Shown: positions 33,692-43,720, numbered from the stretch's first letter. The stretch is DNA of 64,000 bases from Longimicrobiales bacterium (GCA_965218295.1 CBDCKN010000009.1:416001-480000), one strand, 5' to 3'. The notes: generated by a model from the letters alone, not told the origin. Numbers and translations: made by a program.

Positions 33692-36211
33692 CTAGTCATC
33701 GTCGCCGACCCCACCCGCTGAGACCTCGTCGGGGCTTAGGGAACCGAGGAAGTCGATCATCGGAAGAAGGAAGGGGGCCAACGCCCTCGTGGTGGAAGCC
33801 ACACGATCTTCCGGCGACTCAGTCGGTTCGGTCCCGTTCTCGTGGTTCGTGCGTGAATCGTTCAGGAGTCCGAGTCCCAGAAGCACATTGGCGAACACGA
33901 ACTTCGCCTCGGCGACCATCGGGTCCTCGCGGCTACTCTTCAGGTCTGTCTCGAAGGACCTGTTAGATGTGTTCACGTAGAACGTTAGCTCGGAGCCGTT
34001 CTCCGGATGCCCGGGGTCGGAGTCATCTACCACCTTACATCCTGTGAAGTGGTCGAATTGGTGGTCTTGCCAGAGCTGGTCGCCCTCCTTCACTAGATGG
34101 ATCTGCGGCAACTGGATCCCTGCGTCCTTGTTCTTCCCCTTCCCACCGTGCCCCCCGCCGCTTTTCGTCGGATCGTTCAAATCGCGCCGCCTATCACGCT
34201 TGCCCTTTCCAGGCTTCCGCTGAGTTGTCGGCAATACGGTAATCACAGCGATCTTCACGAAGGGCTCGATCAGGGTATCGTCCGTAACTGTGCACTGGAC
34301 CGTCAGCTCGTCACCGACGTCAAGTTCGTCGGGGAGGCTGATGCTCCAGTTGGCCACTCCATCGTACAGAACGAGGTTATGCGATAGATCGAGTCCCTCC
34401 ACGGGGCCGTCAAGCACCTCGACGTAGTAGTGACCGGGAACCGACGCCCGCTTGAAATAGTCATTCACCACGTCTGTTTCGAACTTGATCCGACATCTCC
34501 GCCCAGTCTCCGCCGATCGGTGGATTGAGTCGGCCTCGGGCGTCCTCACGAAACGAAAGAAGGTAGGATGGGGCTTCCCCACGAACCCCCCGCCCAGGCC
34601 CGTCCCACTCGCAGATCCGCCTTCCTCGCCCGCTCGATGGGGCCGGTTCAGCCGTTGTCCCTGGAGGAACAGCCGGTTGAGGCTAGGAGAGGTCCGCAAG
34701 ATTGTTCCGAGTACATCCTCCAACGGCTTGGAGTCTTCGAGTCTCTGGGCGATCTCGTTCGCCCTACGGCGTTCACGAAGCTCCTTGAGGCCGTGATGGC
34801 GTCCGATCAGGTCCTCCAGCTCCTCTTCGATTGCCTTCCGGAGCTCTCCATTGCTCAACCGGTCGCGGCTGTTCATGAAGAGGTCCTCGCGCGCGTCTAC
34901 CGACAATCGCGAGCAGTCGACAGCTATTAACAGTGAGTCGCCCAGCCGTCCCATTTTCACTTTTTTCCGGCTGAAGAAGGTCTTCGACAACGCCGCATGA
35001 GTTTGGCCAGTGATCGTGAAGATGATGCCCTCGGTTGAGCGGTACGTGTCTGCCTTTCCGGATTTGAACGCGTAGATCTCGACCGTGAGATCCTCCCCGG
35101 CAACCCGAGCCGACGCCGACGTAGGGAAGCCCTCTTCGAGGTTCTGGCCCCGATTGGCTTCCAGCCGCGCAGAGAGGCCAACCAACGTCGTCTCAAAGCT
35201 CCTCGCCGCCTCACCTCGGTAGGCCCGACACTCATGGACCCGAACGGGCAGCGCAATGCCTGGGAGCATGAGTTCGAGTCGACCTAAGAGCCCGGCCTTC
35301 ATGAACGCGTGGCTGCCGAATCCCTTCATGTCGTACTCATAGAGCTTCAGCACTGAACCCCAATCGAGCGGCCGGGCGTAGGGGATGTTCTTGTCGGGGA
35401 GAGCATCGATACTTGGCGCTGAGAAGTGCAGCACCTCGCCACCGTTCGAGCTCTCTTCAGCTCCCGCCGACGCTAGGTAACGGTAGACCGAATTGCGGAC
35501 TTCCCCGGCCCCATGGGTCGGACGTACTCGTCGGACGACGGTGAACCCCCAGGCAGCCTCTGGTCCGCTCATGCCCCCGGAGATCTCAGGACATCTCCGA
35601 CTAATGATCAGCTGAAGACCCTCGCGGCCGCAGAACTTGAGGGCGCCGGTTCCACCCATGTTGAACTTCCCCTGAACGAACGGGATCCGCAGCTTGTTCT
35701 CGCGGTCGATCGATAGGAACGTATCCGGCATCTTTGCCGGTGTTTGTCCCTCCCCGAGGTCCACGATCGTGATCGAGGTGCCCCCCTCCTGCTTGGGCTT
35801 CGATCCCGTGACAGCGAGGGTGATACTGCGGGACTGTTCGAGCTGCCTCTTGGGAGACCAGAACCGGAGGTCTCCGGCTTCCTCACCGAGCGGCTCGACG
35901 CCCTCGATGAACGTCGCGACCGCCTCCCGCACCGACTGAGGCGCCTCGGCCGAACTCGGGTCGATGCCCCTCTCGAGGCACTCTTTCATCAACCGGGCGT
36001 CCACGGAGTTGACGATCTTTTCGACGAGAGCGGCCTCCGGTCGGCTCTGCTGATTCCCGATCACCGAGAAGTTCCCGTCGCGGTCCCCGTAGAGCCGCCA
36101 GTTCTTGGGATTGTCCCACAGGTCATGCTTCCGGAGGATCGCAATCACATCTGATTCTGAGTCTGCGTGGAGAAGTGAGAGCGCGAGCGCGTGTTTCGTG
36201 TCGTTAGTCAT
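33692..36211 (-). CDS. 839-aa protein with N-terminal GHKL (MORC/MutL-like) ATPase motifs
   Basis: LVEKIVNSVDA, DLGEG, GKFNMGGTG, WGSVL; later FMNSRDRL and a coiled-coil segment. Confidence 0.72.
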   Translation of the reverse strand: MTNDTKHALALSLLHADSESDVIAILRKHDLWDNPKNWRLYGDRDGNFSVIGNQQSRPEAALVEKIVNSVDARLMKECLERGIDPSSAEAPQSVREAVATFIEGVEPLGEEAGDLRFWSPKRQLEQSRSITLAVTGSKPKQEGGTSITIVDLGEGQTPAKMPDTFLSIDRENKLRIPFVQGKFNMGGTGALKFCGREGLQLIISRRCPEISGGMSGPEAAWGFTVVRRVRPTHGAGEVRNSVYRYLASAGAEESSNGGEVLHFSAPSIDALPDKNIPYARPLDWGSVLKLYEYDMKGFGSHAFMKAGLLGRLELMLPGIALPVRVHECRAYRGEAARSFETTLVGLSARLEANRGQNLEEGFPTSASARVAGEDLTVEIYAFKSGKADTYRSTEGIIFTITGQTHAALSKTFFSRKKVKMGRLGDSLLIAVDCSRLSVDAREDLFMNSRDRLSNGELRKAIEEELEDLIGRHHGLKELRERRRANEIAQRLEDSKPLEDVLGTILRTSPSLNRLFLQGQRLNRPHRAGEEGGSASGTGLGGGFVGKPHPTFFRFVRTPEADSIHRSAETGRRCRIKFETDVVNDYFKRASVPGHYYVEVLDGPVEGLDLSHNLVLYDGVANWSISLPDELDVGDELTVQCTVTDDTLIEPFVKIAVITVLPTTQRKPGKGKRDRRRDLNDPTKSGGGHGGKGKNKDAGIQLPQIHLVKEGDQLWQDHQFDHFTGCKVVDDSDPGHPENGSELTFYVNTSNRSFETDLKSSREDPMVAEAKFVFANVLLGLGLLNDSRTNHENGTEPTESPEDRVASTTRALAPFLLPMIDFLGSLSPDEVSAGGVGDDD

Positions 36212-36848
36212 CGATCAATGCTCCTTCCGAGGCTGGATCCCCACCCAGCTGGGCCCAATGTTCCTTCACGGCGGCAACGGTTAGACGCTCAGGAATGGGG
36301 ACATAGCCTCCGCGCCCTACCTTCTCCACCGCTTTGCAGGCTCGCAGCCAGGCCACCACTAGATAGACCTGATAGGAGGGGACCTCCGTTCCGTCTTCGT
36401 CGCGAACCGGAGTCAGTGCGTCCATCGAGAACTCACTCGACCCCAACCTCTGAAGAGCAGACACTACGGCCGACACCGCGAACGTCAGCGCCCGATGCTC
36501 GTATTCGGTACGGTCCCTCCTTGACCACCCGATCTTCACTAGTCGGTCGCCATCACGAACGAACTTCGGGTAAGTCTCCGCCCGCCCGCCCCGACCGTTA
36601 TCCGCCGGCCGCCCTCGGATCGAGTCGTCCGCTTCGGAATGCGTCACAGCCTTGGCTCGGACAGTGCCTCTCGCGGGCGCCCTCTCGTCCCCGCCCATGG
36701 ATTGGATCAGTTCCTGAACTTGCTGTGAAACTGAGGCTAGCTCGGCCACATCAGAGTATTCCCGGTCCTTCAGCGCCTTCTGAAGTCGCGAGGTGAGCTG
36801 GTCTTCAGCCCGCGTAAGCACGCCTACGATATCATCTCGTATCGCCAC
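36204..36848 (-). CDS. hypothetical protein, helical N-terminus and possible winged-helix C-terminus
   Basis: Overlaps the start of the ATPase gene; GTG start after GGGAGG; 'VPSYQVYLVVAWL....VEKVGRGGY'. Confidence 0.7.
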   Translation of the reverse strand: MAIRDDIVGVLTRAEDQLTSRLQKALKDREYSDVAELASVSQQVQELIQSMGGDERAPARGTVRAKAVTHSEADDSIRGRPADNGRGGRAETYPKFVRDGDRLVKIGWSRRDRTEYEHRALTFAVSAVVSALQRLGSSEFSMDALTPVRDEDGTEVPSYQVYLVVAWLRACKAVEKVGRGGYVPIPERLTVAAVKEHWAQLGGDPASEGALIDD

Positions 36849-37306
36849 GCTGCCCTCCCTGTGAGCATAAAATTCTACGGTATAACGTACAGGAGGATAG
36901 TGTGCGTGCAACCCCGTGCCCATAGATACGAGTATAGGGCAGATTAGGGTGTGCGGGCCTGAAGCCTTCGGAAGCCTCGTCGCTCCGGGCCTCGTTCATT
37001 GCCTAGTGCCTGCCCCTACCAGCTCCAACCAAATAGCTTGTGCGACGCGCCTTCTGTACGGCGGGCGGCGAACCGCGGTCAGTAGCCAATCACGCACAAC
37101 GAGAACGGCATGGTGATGCGGGAGTGCCCGTAGAGTGCCTGAGCAACGGAGACGGTGTTCTCGTAGTCCTTGCTGGCTGTCACCCTTCCACTCGACTTGT
37201 AGCGGTAGAGAAGGGGCTTCAACATAGAGTCCAACATAGAGACCCCTTCTGCCCACCAGGCGAAGCGGTCTCACGTAACGCTATATATCACACCGCTTTA
37301 CCTCAG

Positions 37307-37379
37307 TGGAGCCAGCCGGGATCGAACCGGCGACCTCTGGCTTGCAAAGCCAGCGCTCTCCCAACTGAGCTATGGCCCC
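37307..37379 (-). tRNA. tRNA-Ala(TGC)
   Basis: GGGGCCA...TGGCTCC-A acceptor stem with G3:U70; anticodon loop TT-TGC-AA; TTCGA T-loop. Confidence 0.97.
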
Positions 37380-37863
37380 TCTTCGCGATCGGTGTCGTCC
37401 GGAGAGCTCGACTTGACGAGCCTCCGCTGGAAAGCCGCACAAAGATAGTTCAGAAGGCTTCCCGCTCAACCTTCCGAGGAGATCGTCATTTTGAAGCCGT
37501 CCGGGTCCACCAGGCTGAAGGCTCGCCCACCCCAGGGCATGTCGGCGGGTGGGGACTCCAGCGTGCCGCCCCGCTCCTCGATCCCAGCCGCGATCTCGTC
37601 CACGTCGCCGGCCGTGGCGAGGTGGAGCCGGAACCCCTCACCCTTCCCACGGTCGCGGCCCTTGGCCCAATCGTCCTGTCCAAGGAAGAGGTGGGCCGCT
37701 CCAGCCACGAGAGAGGCGCCCCCTAACTTGCCTTCGTGCTCCCAGGTCTCCTTCACATAGAAGCCCACCACGTCCCGATACCATGCGACGCTCGCGTCGA
37801 TGTCTCCGACCGTCAACGCAGGCGAGATGCTGCTAAGGCGAAGAGTGTCAGGGGTGCTGTGAT

Positions 37864-39241
37864 GAGCTAGGATCAAAGGGTGTGTAAAAAGAGAGGCGAC
37901 GTACCTTTCCGCTGAGTAATAACCAGCGAACTCCGGGTGACAGCCCGGGGGAAAGGAACGACGCCTCGTGAGGAAGAATACGGTGGGACCCGAGGGTGAG
38001 TCCAGGACGCCCGTGTGGGAAGTTCTGGAAGAAGTGGTTCGGGAGAAGGCGCAGGAGTTCATTCAACAGATCTTGGAGGAGGAAGTCACGGAGTTGCTAG
38101 GGCGAGAGAAGTCAGAGCGCAGGAGGGTGGTGGACGCGACCGAGGGCTACCGCAACGGATACGGCAAGCCGAGGCGGCTGGCGATGAGCTCGGGCACGAT
38201 CACACTCCGACGCCCTCGAGTTCGAGGCCTTGAGGAGCGGTTCGAGAGCCGCGTGCTGCCGTTGTTCGCGAGGCGGACGAAGGAGCTGGGCGCTCTGCTT
38301 CCGGAGCTGTATCTGCACGGACTGGCGGAGGGAGACTTCGAGTTGGCGATGCGGGGCCTGCTGGGCGAGGGGGCACCGCTGTCGAAGTCTTCGATTCGGC
38401 GGCTGCGGGCGGGATGGACGGCGGAGTTCGAGGAATGGAGCCAGCGTCGCCTGGAGGGTCGTGAGGTCGTCTACGTGTGGGCGGACGGGATCTATGTGAA
38501 GGCAGGGCTGGAGCGGGACAAAGCGGCGCTGCTGGTGGTGCTGGGTGCCATGCGAGACGGGACGAAAGAGGTGTTGGCCCTGAGAGCGGGCTACCGAGAG
38601 TCGGTCGAGTCCTGGTCCGAGGTGTTGCGGGACCTGAAGGCACGCGGCATCGAGGCGCCCCGGCTTCTGATGGCGGACGGTAACGCTGCGATCTGGGGCG
38701 CAGTACGGCAGGTATGGCCTGAGGCGGGTGAGCAACGGTGCTGGAACCACAAGATGAGGAACGTGCTGGACCGACTACCTCAGCGGGAGCAGGGCGAGGC
38801 GAAGGATCTTCTCCGGGCCGTGGTCTACGCACCGAGCCGGGCCGAGGCCCTGAAGGCCCGCGAGGTGTTCGCCCGACGCTATAGGCCGTGGTATCCGAAA
38901 GCAGTGGACGTACTCGAGGACGACTGGGAGCGGATGGTAGCGTTCTACGACTTCCCCGAGGACCACTGGAAGCATCTACGCACGACGAACGTGGTCGAGA
39001 GCCCGTTCGCCGCGGTACGGCTCAGGACGACAGCAGCGAAGCGGTTCAAGCGGGTCGAGAGCGCTACGGCGCTAATCTGGAAGTTGCTCTTGGTGGCTGA
39101 GAAGCGGTTCCGAAGGCTCGACGCTCCTCACCTCCTCAAGGACGTATTTGAAGGAAGAAAGTTCGAAGACGGAAAGCCCGTCTCACACCAACAGCGGAAG
39201 AACGCCGCCTAATACGTTTACACACCTATTGACCCAACCTC
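37864..39241 (+). mobile_element. IS256-family element, copy C
   Basis: Appears identical to copy A; 8-bp duplication GCTGTGAT. Confidence 0.95.
37968..39212 (+). CDS. IS256-family transposase
   Basis: Same translation as 25010-26254. Confidence 0.95.
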   Translation: MRKNTVGPEGESRTPVWEVLEEVVREKAQEFIQQILEEEVTELLGREKSERRRVVDATEGYRNGYGKPRRLAMSSGTITLRRPRVRGLEERFESRVLPLFARRTKELGALLPELYLHGLAEGDFELAMRGLLGEGAPLSKSSIRRLRAGWTAEFEEWSQRRLEGREVVYVWADGIYVKAGLERDKAALLVVLGAMRDGTKEVLALRAGYRESVESWSEVLRDLKARGIEAPRLLMADGNAAIWGAVRQVWPEAGEQRCWNHKMRNVLDRLPQREQGEAKDLLRAVVYAPSRAEALKAREVFARRYRPWYPKAVDVLEDDWERMVAFYDFPEDHWKHLRTTNVVESPFAAVRLRTTAAKRFKRVESATALIWKLLLVAEKRFRRLDAPHLLKDVFEGRKFEDGKPVSHQQRKNAA

Positions 39242-39426
39242 GCTGTGATCTCTCCGGTCGAGTGGCACATCCGATTCGTTGCTCATGGGAGTCTCCATGC
39301 ATGCTCAGGTTGAGTCGGGCGCACGATCGGCAGCTCCCAAGATAGGCGCAAAAGGAGAATCCCGCCCGGGCTGTCGAGTGTGACCCACCCCGAGAGGAGT
39401 GACGGCTAGCCATGCTGGGTAGTCGG

Positions 39427-39942
39427 TCACGACGGAGGAGGTGCCGGCATCTCCCACGTATTGTTCTGTCCGACCCCCAGCGCCTTCTTCAACTGCACGA
39501 TCTGTCCGAGGTGGTACGCGTTGTGGTCCGCCAGGATCAGCGCCTCCCGGAGCAACGTGTGGCCCTCCTCGCTCCACGGAAGCGTCTCGAAGAGGTCCCT
39601 CGTGGGATCGGACACGAGGGCGATCATCTCCTGGAGCCCATTCTTGAAGGCAGCCACGCTCGTCTCCCACGCTTCCTCATCCTCGAGGGCGTCCGACTCG
39701 GGCCAATATCCATCCGGAAAGGCGAGAGAGGTGTGGTTCGGATCTCGGCTGTACTCCACCAGGTCGTCTTGGCAGATCCGGAGGTGCTCAAGCAGCTGCC
39801 AGATCGTATGCGGGTGGCCGAGTGGGCGAGCGCCGCGCTGATCGGGGGGCACACCGGCGATGCCGTCCTCCGGCGTGACGTGCGCCCAGCCGCTCGTGAG
39901 GAGCCTCACCAAGTGATCGCGAAGGGCCGTCTCGGTACTCAT
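39427..39942 (-). CDS. DinB-family protein
   Basis: HTIWQLLEHLRICQ...ADHNAYHLGQI. Confidence 0.85.
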   Translation of the reverse strand: MSTETALRDHLVRLLTSGWAHVTPEDGIAGVPPDQRGARPLGHPHTIWQLLEHLRICQDDLVEYSRDPNHTSLAFPDGYWPESDALEDEEAWETSVAAFKNGLQEMIALVSDPTRDLFETLPWSEEGHTLLREALILADHNAYHLGQIVQLKKALGVGQNNTWEMPAPPPS

Positions 39943-40084
39943 GGAGCGCAAGATAAACGCCGTCCGTCCTGCGGGTCCACCGTCATCGCCGCGACTGGCG
40001 GCCTCGCTTTACGCCCCTTCCCCATCTCCACCGAAGACTCCATCCTGAGGGAAGGTGGGCAAGGACTGTGATCAGGACGTGTGA

Positions 40085-40645
40085 ATGGAAAAGGTCTTCA
40101 AAGCCATCGAGTTCGCTGTCCAGGCCCATGCCGGCCAATACCGTAAGGGACGGCGGGTCCCCTACATCTTCCATCCCATCGCCACCGCCTGGACGCTGGT
40201 GGAGTTGGGGTGCGGCGAGGACCTCCTGGCAGCCGCGGTGCTTCATGATACGGTCGAGGACACGCACGTGACCCTGGAGGATCTTCGCGGGGAGTTCGGC
40301 CCCGAAGTGGCCGACATCGTCGAGGGCTGCTCGGAGCCCGACAAGACCGCTCCCTGGGAGGAACGAAAGAGGCACACCATCGAGCACCTCCGGTCGGCCC
40401 CAATGGAGGTCGTTCTGGTGACCTGCGCCGACAAGCTCGACAACATCCGCGCCACCCGTGACGACCTGGCCGCGGTGGGAGAGGCGGCATGGTCCAAGTT
40501 CAGCCGCTCGAAGGAGCAGCAGGCGTGGTACTATCGCTCTCTGGTCCGGGCCTTCAACCAGAGAACTCAGGAGGAGCCGGGGACGATCCTGTTCAGGACC
40601 TTCGAGTCCGTGGTGCTCGAGGTCTTCGGGGAAGAGCCCGGGTAG
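40085..40645 (+). CDS. HD-domain protein, small alarmone hydrolase/Mesh1-like
   Basis: HAGQYRK...PYIFHP, AAVLHDTVEDT, ADKLDN. Confidence 0.85.
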   Translation: MEKVFKAIEFAVQAHAGQYRKGRRVPYIFHPIATAWTLVELGCGEDLLAAAVLHDTVEDTHVTLEDLRGEFGPEVADIVEGCSEPDKTAPWEERKRHTIEHLRSAPMEVVLVTCADKLDNIRATRDDLAAVGEAAWSKFSRSKEQQAWYYRSLVRAFNQRTQEEPGTILFRTFESVVLEVFGEEPG

Positions 40646-40652
40646 GCGGTTC

Positions 40653-40863
40653 CTAGTGTGGTGTCCCAGAAGTTCGCGAGCCACCGAGAGTGCCGAGGCG
40701 CCGGATCCGGGGTACCCGCGCCGCTAGGCGTGGGTCGGGCGCGACGACGAGGAATAGCAACGCGGGCACCGCGGCCGAAGGCCGTGGTCCGAGGAGGAGG
40801 AACGCCGCAGGGCCGGATGCATCGGTGCTCGAATGGCCGAGACACTTCTGGGACACCACACTA
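40653..40863. repeat. miniature palindromic repeat, longer variant in inverted orientation
   Basis: Perfect 20-bp terminal repeats TAGTGTGGTGTCCCAGAAGT and ACTTCTGGGACACCACACTA; shares sub-terminal blocks with the copies at 4397 and 51770. Confidence 0.85.
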
Positions 40864-41799
40864 AGCCGGTGTGACCTCGGCGACCGAAAGGAACTCCACG
40901 CCCCACTCGGTCATGTCTCCCAGGCCCGCGGGCTCCAGGTAGCGCCGGCGGAGATCGTACCGGTCCCGCGGAGAGAGCACGCGGAATCCGTGCTCTTCCA
41001 GGAATCCCTCCAGGTGCTCCGGATTCGTGCCCCAGTGGAGCGGCTCCCCGATCACCCTCAGCGTGAGCCGCATTAGGCCGCTCAACCTGCCCACGTGGGG
41101 GCGGCCCTTTCTGTCGATCGCCAGATACGTGAACACGAGACGCGTACCCGCACCGCACCCGGATCGGATCGAGTTGAGAAACGTCACGACCTCCGCCTCA
41201 TGGATGTACATCAGGACCCCTTCGGCCACCACGACACTCCGGGCACCGCGATCCCACTCCAGAACGGCTGCCAGCGCTTCGGCGAGGGCAGCCGACGCGA
41301 GGTCGATGTCGAGGATGTGGAGGTTGGGTCGGTTGGCTCCCATATCGGCTATGGCGCGTCGCTTGAGGTTGGCCGTGGCGGGGCGGTCGACTTCCACGAA
41401 GGTGACGTCCGGGAACTCCGGAGCGAGCCGCTCGCAGAGCGTGTCTAACCCGGACCCCACGACCAGCACCTGGGTGGCGCCGTCGGCGATGCCGGCCCTG
41501 GTCTCATCGTCGACGAATCGCTTCCGGAGAGCACTCCCGGTCATCTGGCCGTTAATTGTGGCGCGTTCGAAGAAGGACACCAACCGTTGGAACCAGGGGT
41601 GGCCGTAAAGAGAGACCATCCAAGGCTTGAGGAGTCCGGCCTCGAGCAAGAGGTGTGAGGTTGTTTGGGCAGCGCCTGGCGGGAGGAGCTTGGCCTTCAC
41701 CGGGTCCTCTCCGAGAAAGACGAGGCCTCGGGCGATCTTGACGGCGGTGTGACTGGGGCGGCGATCAACCTGCCTTGAGGAGGCGCTCCAATCTCGCAT
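40861..41799 (-). CDS. class I SAM-dependent methyltransferase (LCM-like)
   Basis: LRKRFVDD, QVLVVGSGLDT, FVEVDRP, VVAEGVLMY. Confidence 0.85.
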   Translation of the reverse strand: MRDWSASSRQVDRRPSHTAVKIARGLVFLGEDPVKAKLLPPGAAQTTSHLLLEAGLLKPWMVSLYGHPWFQRLVSFFERATINGQMTGSALRKRFVDDETRAGIADGATQVLVVGSGLDTLCERLAPEFPDVTFVEVDRPATANLKRRAIADMGANRPNLHILDIDLASAALAEALAAVLEWDRGARSVVVAEGVLMYIHEAEVVTFLNSIRSGCGAGTRLVFTYLAIDRKGRPHVGRLSGLMRLTLRVIGEPLHWGTNPEHLEGFLEEHGFRVLSPRDRYDLRRRYLEPAGLGDMTEWGVEFLSVAEVTPA

Positions 41800-41846
41800 T
41801 CAAAACCTCTTTGCCCGCGGGCGTCCGGAAACCGTCGGGTCGCGAC

Positions 41847-42689
41847 TCACGTCCCGCCATTCCCGCCGCGTTCGATCACCGAGTGCGCCACCAGAAAGTC
41901 CCCGACATCCGCGATGAACTCACTCCAGCTCGGAGGACAGTCGTTGTGGCCACAATCCCACTCGATCAGCTTCGCGTCCGGGCGGGCCCGGGCCAACGCG
42001 CGCGCGTGGGTGAAGGGGATGACCTCGTCCCTGCGGCCGTGCATGAGCAGCACCGGCCCATCGAAGGACTGAATGACCGCCTCGCTGTCGAACGCGTCGC
42101 GGATGAGGAAACCCGGGGCCCTGTATCCCTCCCACGCCATCCTCGACAGTGAGCTGAACGTGGACTGGAGGATCAGCGCCCGGACGGGCCGGGTGGCCAC
42201 CAGATCGGTGACGACCCCTCCTCCGACGGAGCGCCCCATGACCACCACGCGTTCGGGGTCGACCTCCGGGCGCTCCACCAGCCAGTCGTACCCGCCCCGG
42301 AACGCCTCGCCGATGTCCCGTCGGGAAGTCTTGCCTGCCGAGAGGCCGTAGCCCGGAAACTCGATGAGTAGCACGCTCACTCCGAACCGGGTCAGCTCCC
42401 CAAGGCTCGTCCAGTCGTCGATGAGCTCCCCGTTCCCGTGGGCGAAGATGAGTGCCGGCCCGGGTTTATCGCCCTGTCCGGAAGCCAGGTGCCAGGCCTC
42501 CACCGGCCCCGCCGGTAGCTCCAGCCAGACGCGGTGCACGCCCAGCGGGACGGGTGAGGACGCATCCCGCCCGGCATCCCTCTCGCCGCCGGGAAACAGC
42601 ATCCGCCGCTGCATGAGGAACAGGAGAACCGTGTAGCCCACATACGCGAGTACGGCGACCTTGATGATCGAGATCACGAGCTCCCTCAC
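41847..42689 (-). CDS. alpha/beta hydrolase
   Basis: HGNGE, GRSVGG nucleophile motif, HGRRDEVIP, GHND. Confidence 0.88.
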   Translation of the reverse strand: MRELVISIIKVAVLAYVGYTVLLFLMQRRMLFPGGERDAGRDASSPVPLGVHRVWLELPAGPVEAWHLASGQGDKPGPALIFAHGNGELIDDWTSLGELTRFGVSVLLIEFPGYGLSAGKTSRRDIGEAFRGGYDWLVERPEVDPERVVVMGRSVGGGVVTDLVATRPVRALILQSTFSSLSRMAWEGYRAPGFLIRDAFDSEAVIQSFDGPVLLMHGRRDEVIPFTHARALARARPDAKLIEWDCGHNDCPPSWSEFIADVGDFLVAHSVIERGGNGGT

Positions 42690-43252
42690 TCCGAGCCGCC
42701 TAGTGGCCTGCCACTAGACGCGAGACGCCCTGATCCAGATGTCGGCGCGGGCCCACGCGGCCTCGGGCATCTCCGGATCGGAGCCCTCCTGGCCGGACGC
42801 ACTCCCCATGACGGTGACGTGGAGGAGAGCGGTGAGGGACGGGGCTCCCGGCGATCTCCGATCCATGGCGGTCTCTCCTATGACGGCGTGTCGGGGCCAG
42901 AGGGTCTTCGAGGGAAGCCCCAAGATGTCCCGGGCCCGGTCCGCCGTCCAGTTTCCAAGCGCCGTGCACGTCGAGACTTCCGGGCCGGACGAGAGCGATG
43001 TCATCCGACTCCTCATGCCTCAAACCGTGTTCCCTGTCCTCTGGAGAGGACAAGCGTCGACGGTTTTCCGTCACCACCAGCTAGTAAATTCAATTACGAC
43101 ACTAGATTGCGTGTCCGTAGGATTTGGCACGGAGGTTGCTTCCGCTGCGACCCGACGGAGCGCCGACCTCTTGCCAGCGCGCCCGTCCGAGGACAGAATC
43201 GGACGTCCCCGCCCGTTCAAGTTCAGGACTCTACTCTCAGGAGAAAGACGCA

Positions 43253-43699
43253 ATGATCCAGATGGGACGAGTGGCGGTGACGCTGGGCCTGGTCATCGTC
43301 ACCACAGGCTGTTACGAGCACACCTACACGGTCGGGCAAGGCGCACCGGCCGGCCCGGTCGTCTACGAAGAGTGGCACAATCACTGGCTGGGCGGCCTCA
43401 TCGGAGAGAAGAACCTCGACGTGGAGCTGCTGTGCCCCTCCGGCAACGCGACCATCCACAACGAGCAGACATTCCTGAACGGCTTGGTCAGCGCCCTGAC
43501 AGCGAGCATCTACACGCCCACCACCGTGAAGATACGGTGCGACAGCGGTCGCTCGGCTGAGATCGACCTCTCGAAGGAGCAGATCTTGGCGATTGTCACC
43601 TCGTCTGCCTTCCTGGAGCGCGTGGAGAGTGTCATGCCCGGACGGTTGCAAGAGGCCCAGCTCGGAGTCCAAGCCCAGGAAGAGGACCTCCAGGACTGA
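43253..43699 (+). CDS. Bor/Iss-like lipoprotein
   Basis: Lipobox TTGC; 'WLGGLI...CP.G......QTFLNGLVS.LT..IYTP.TV.I.C'. Confidence 0.7.
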   Translation: MIQMGRVAVTLGLVIVTTGCYEHTYTVGQGAPAGPVVYEEWHNHWLGGLIGEKNLDVELLCPSGNATIHNEQTFLNGLVSALTASIYTPTTVKIRCDSGRSAEIDLSKEQILAIVTSSAFLERVESVMPGRLQEAQLGVQAQEEDLQD

Positions 43700-43720
43700 C
43701 GCCCGGAGAGCCGGTACGCC

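Larger units (their letters stand above)
37466..39286 (-). pseudogene. VOC/glyoxalase-family protein interrupted by IS256 copy C
   Basis: MSNESDVPLDRRDHS|TPDTLRLSSISPALTVGD...DMPWGGRAFSLVDPDG after IS removal. Confidence 0.85.

Noticed and set aside
37268..37278. GTCTCACGTAA matching part of the IS3 left inverted repeat
   Set aside because: Only 11 bp with no further homology; plausible by chance.
40653..40864. Mirror-image 68-aa ORFs that both start MVSQK and end TSGTPH
   Set aside because: A direct consequence of the terminal inverted repeats of the miniature element, not evidence of coding.
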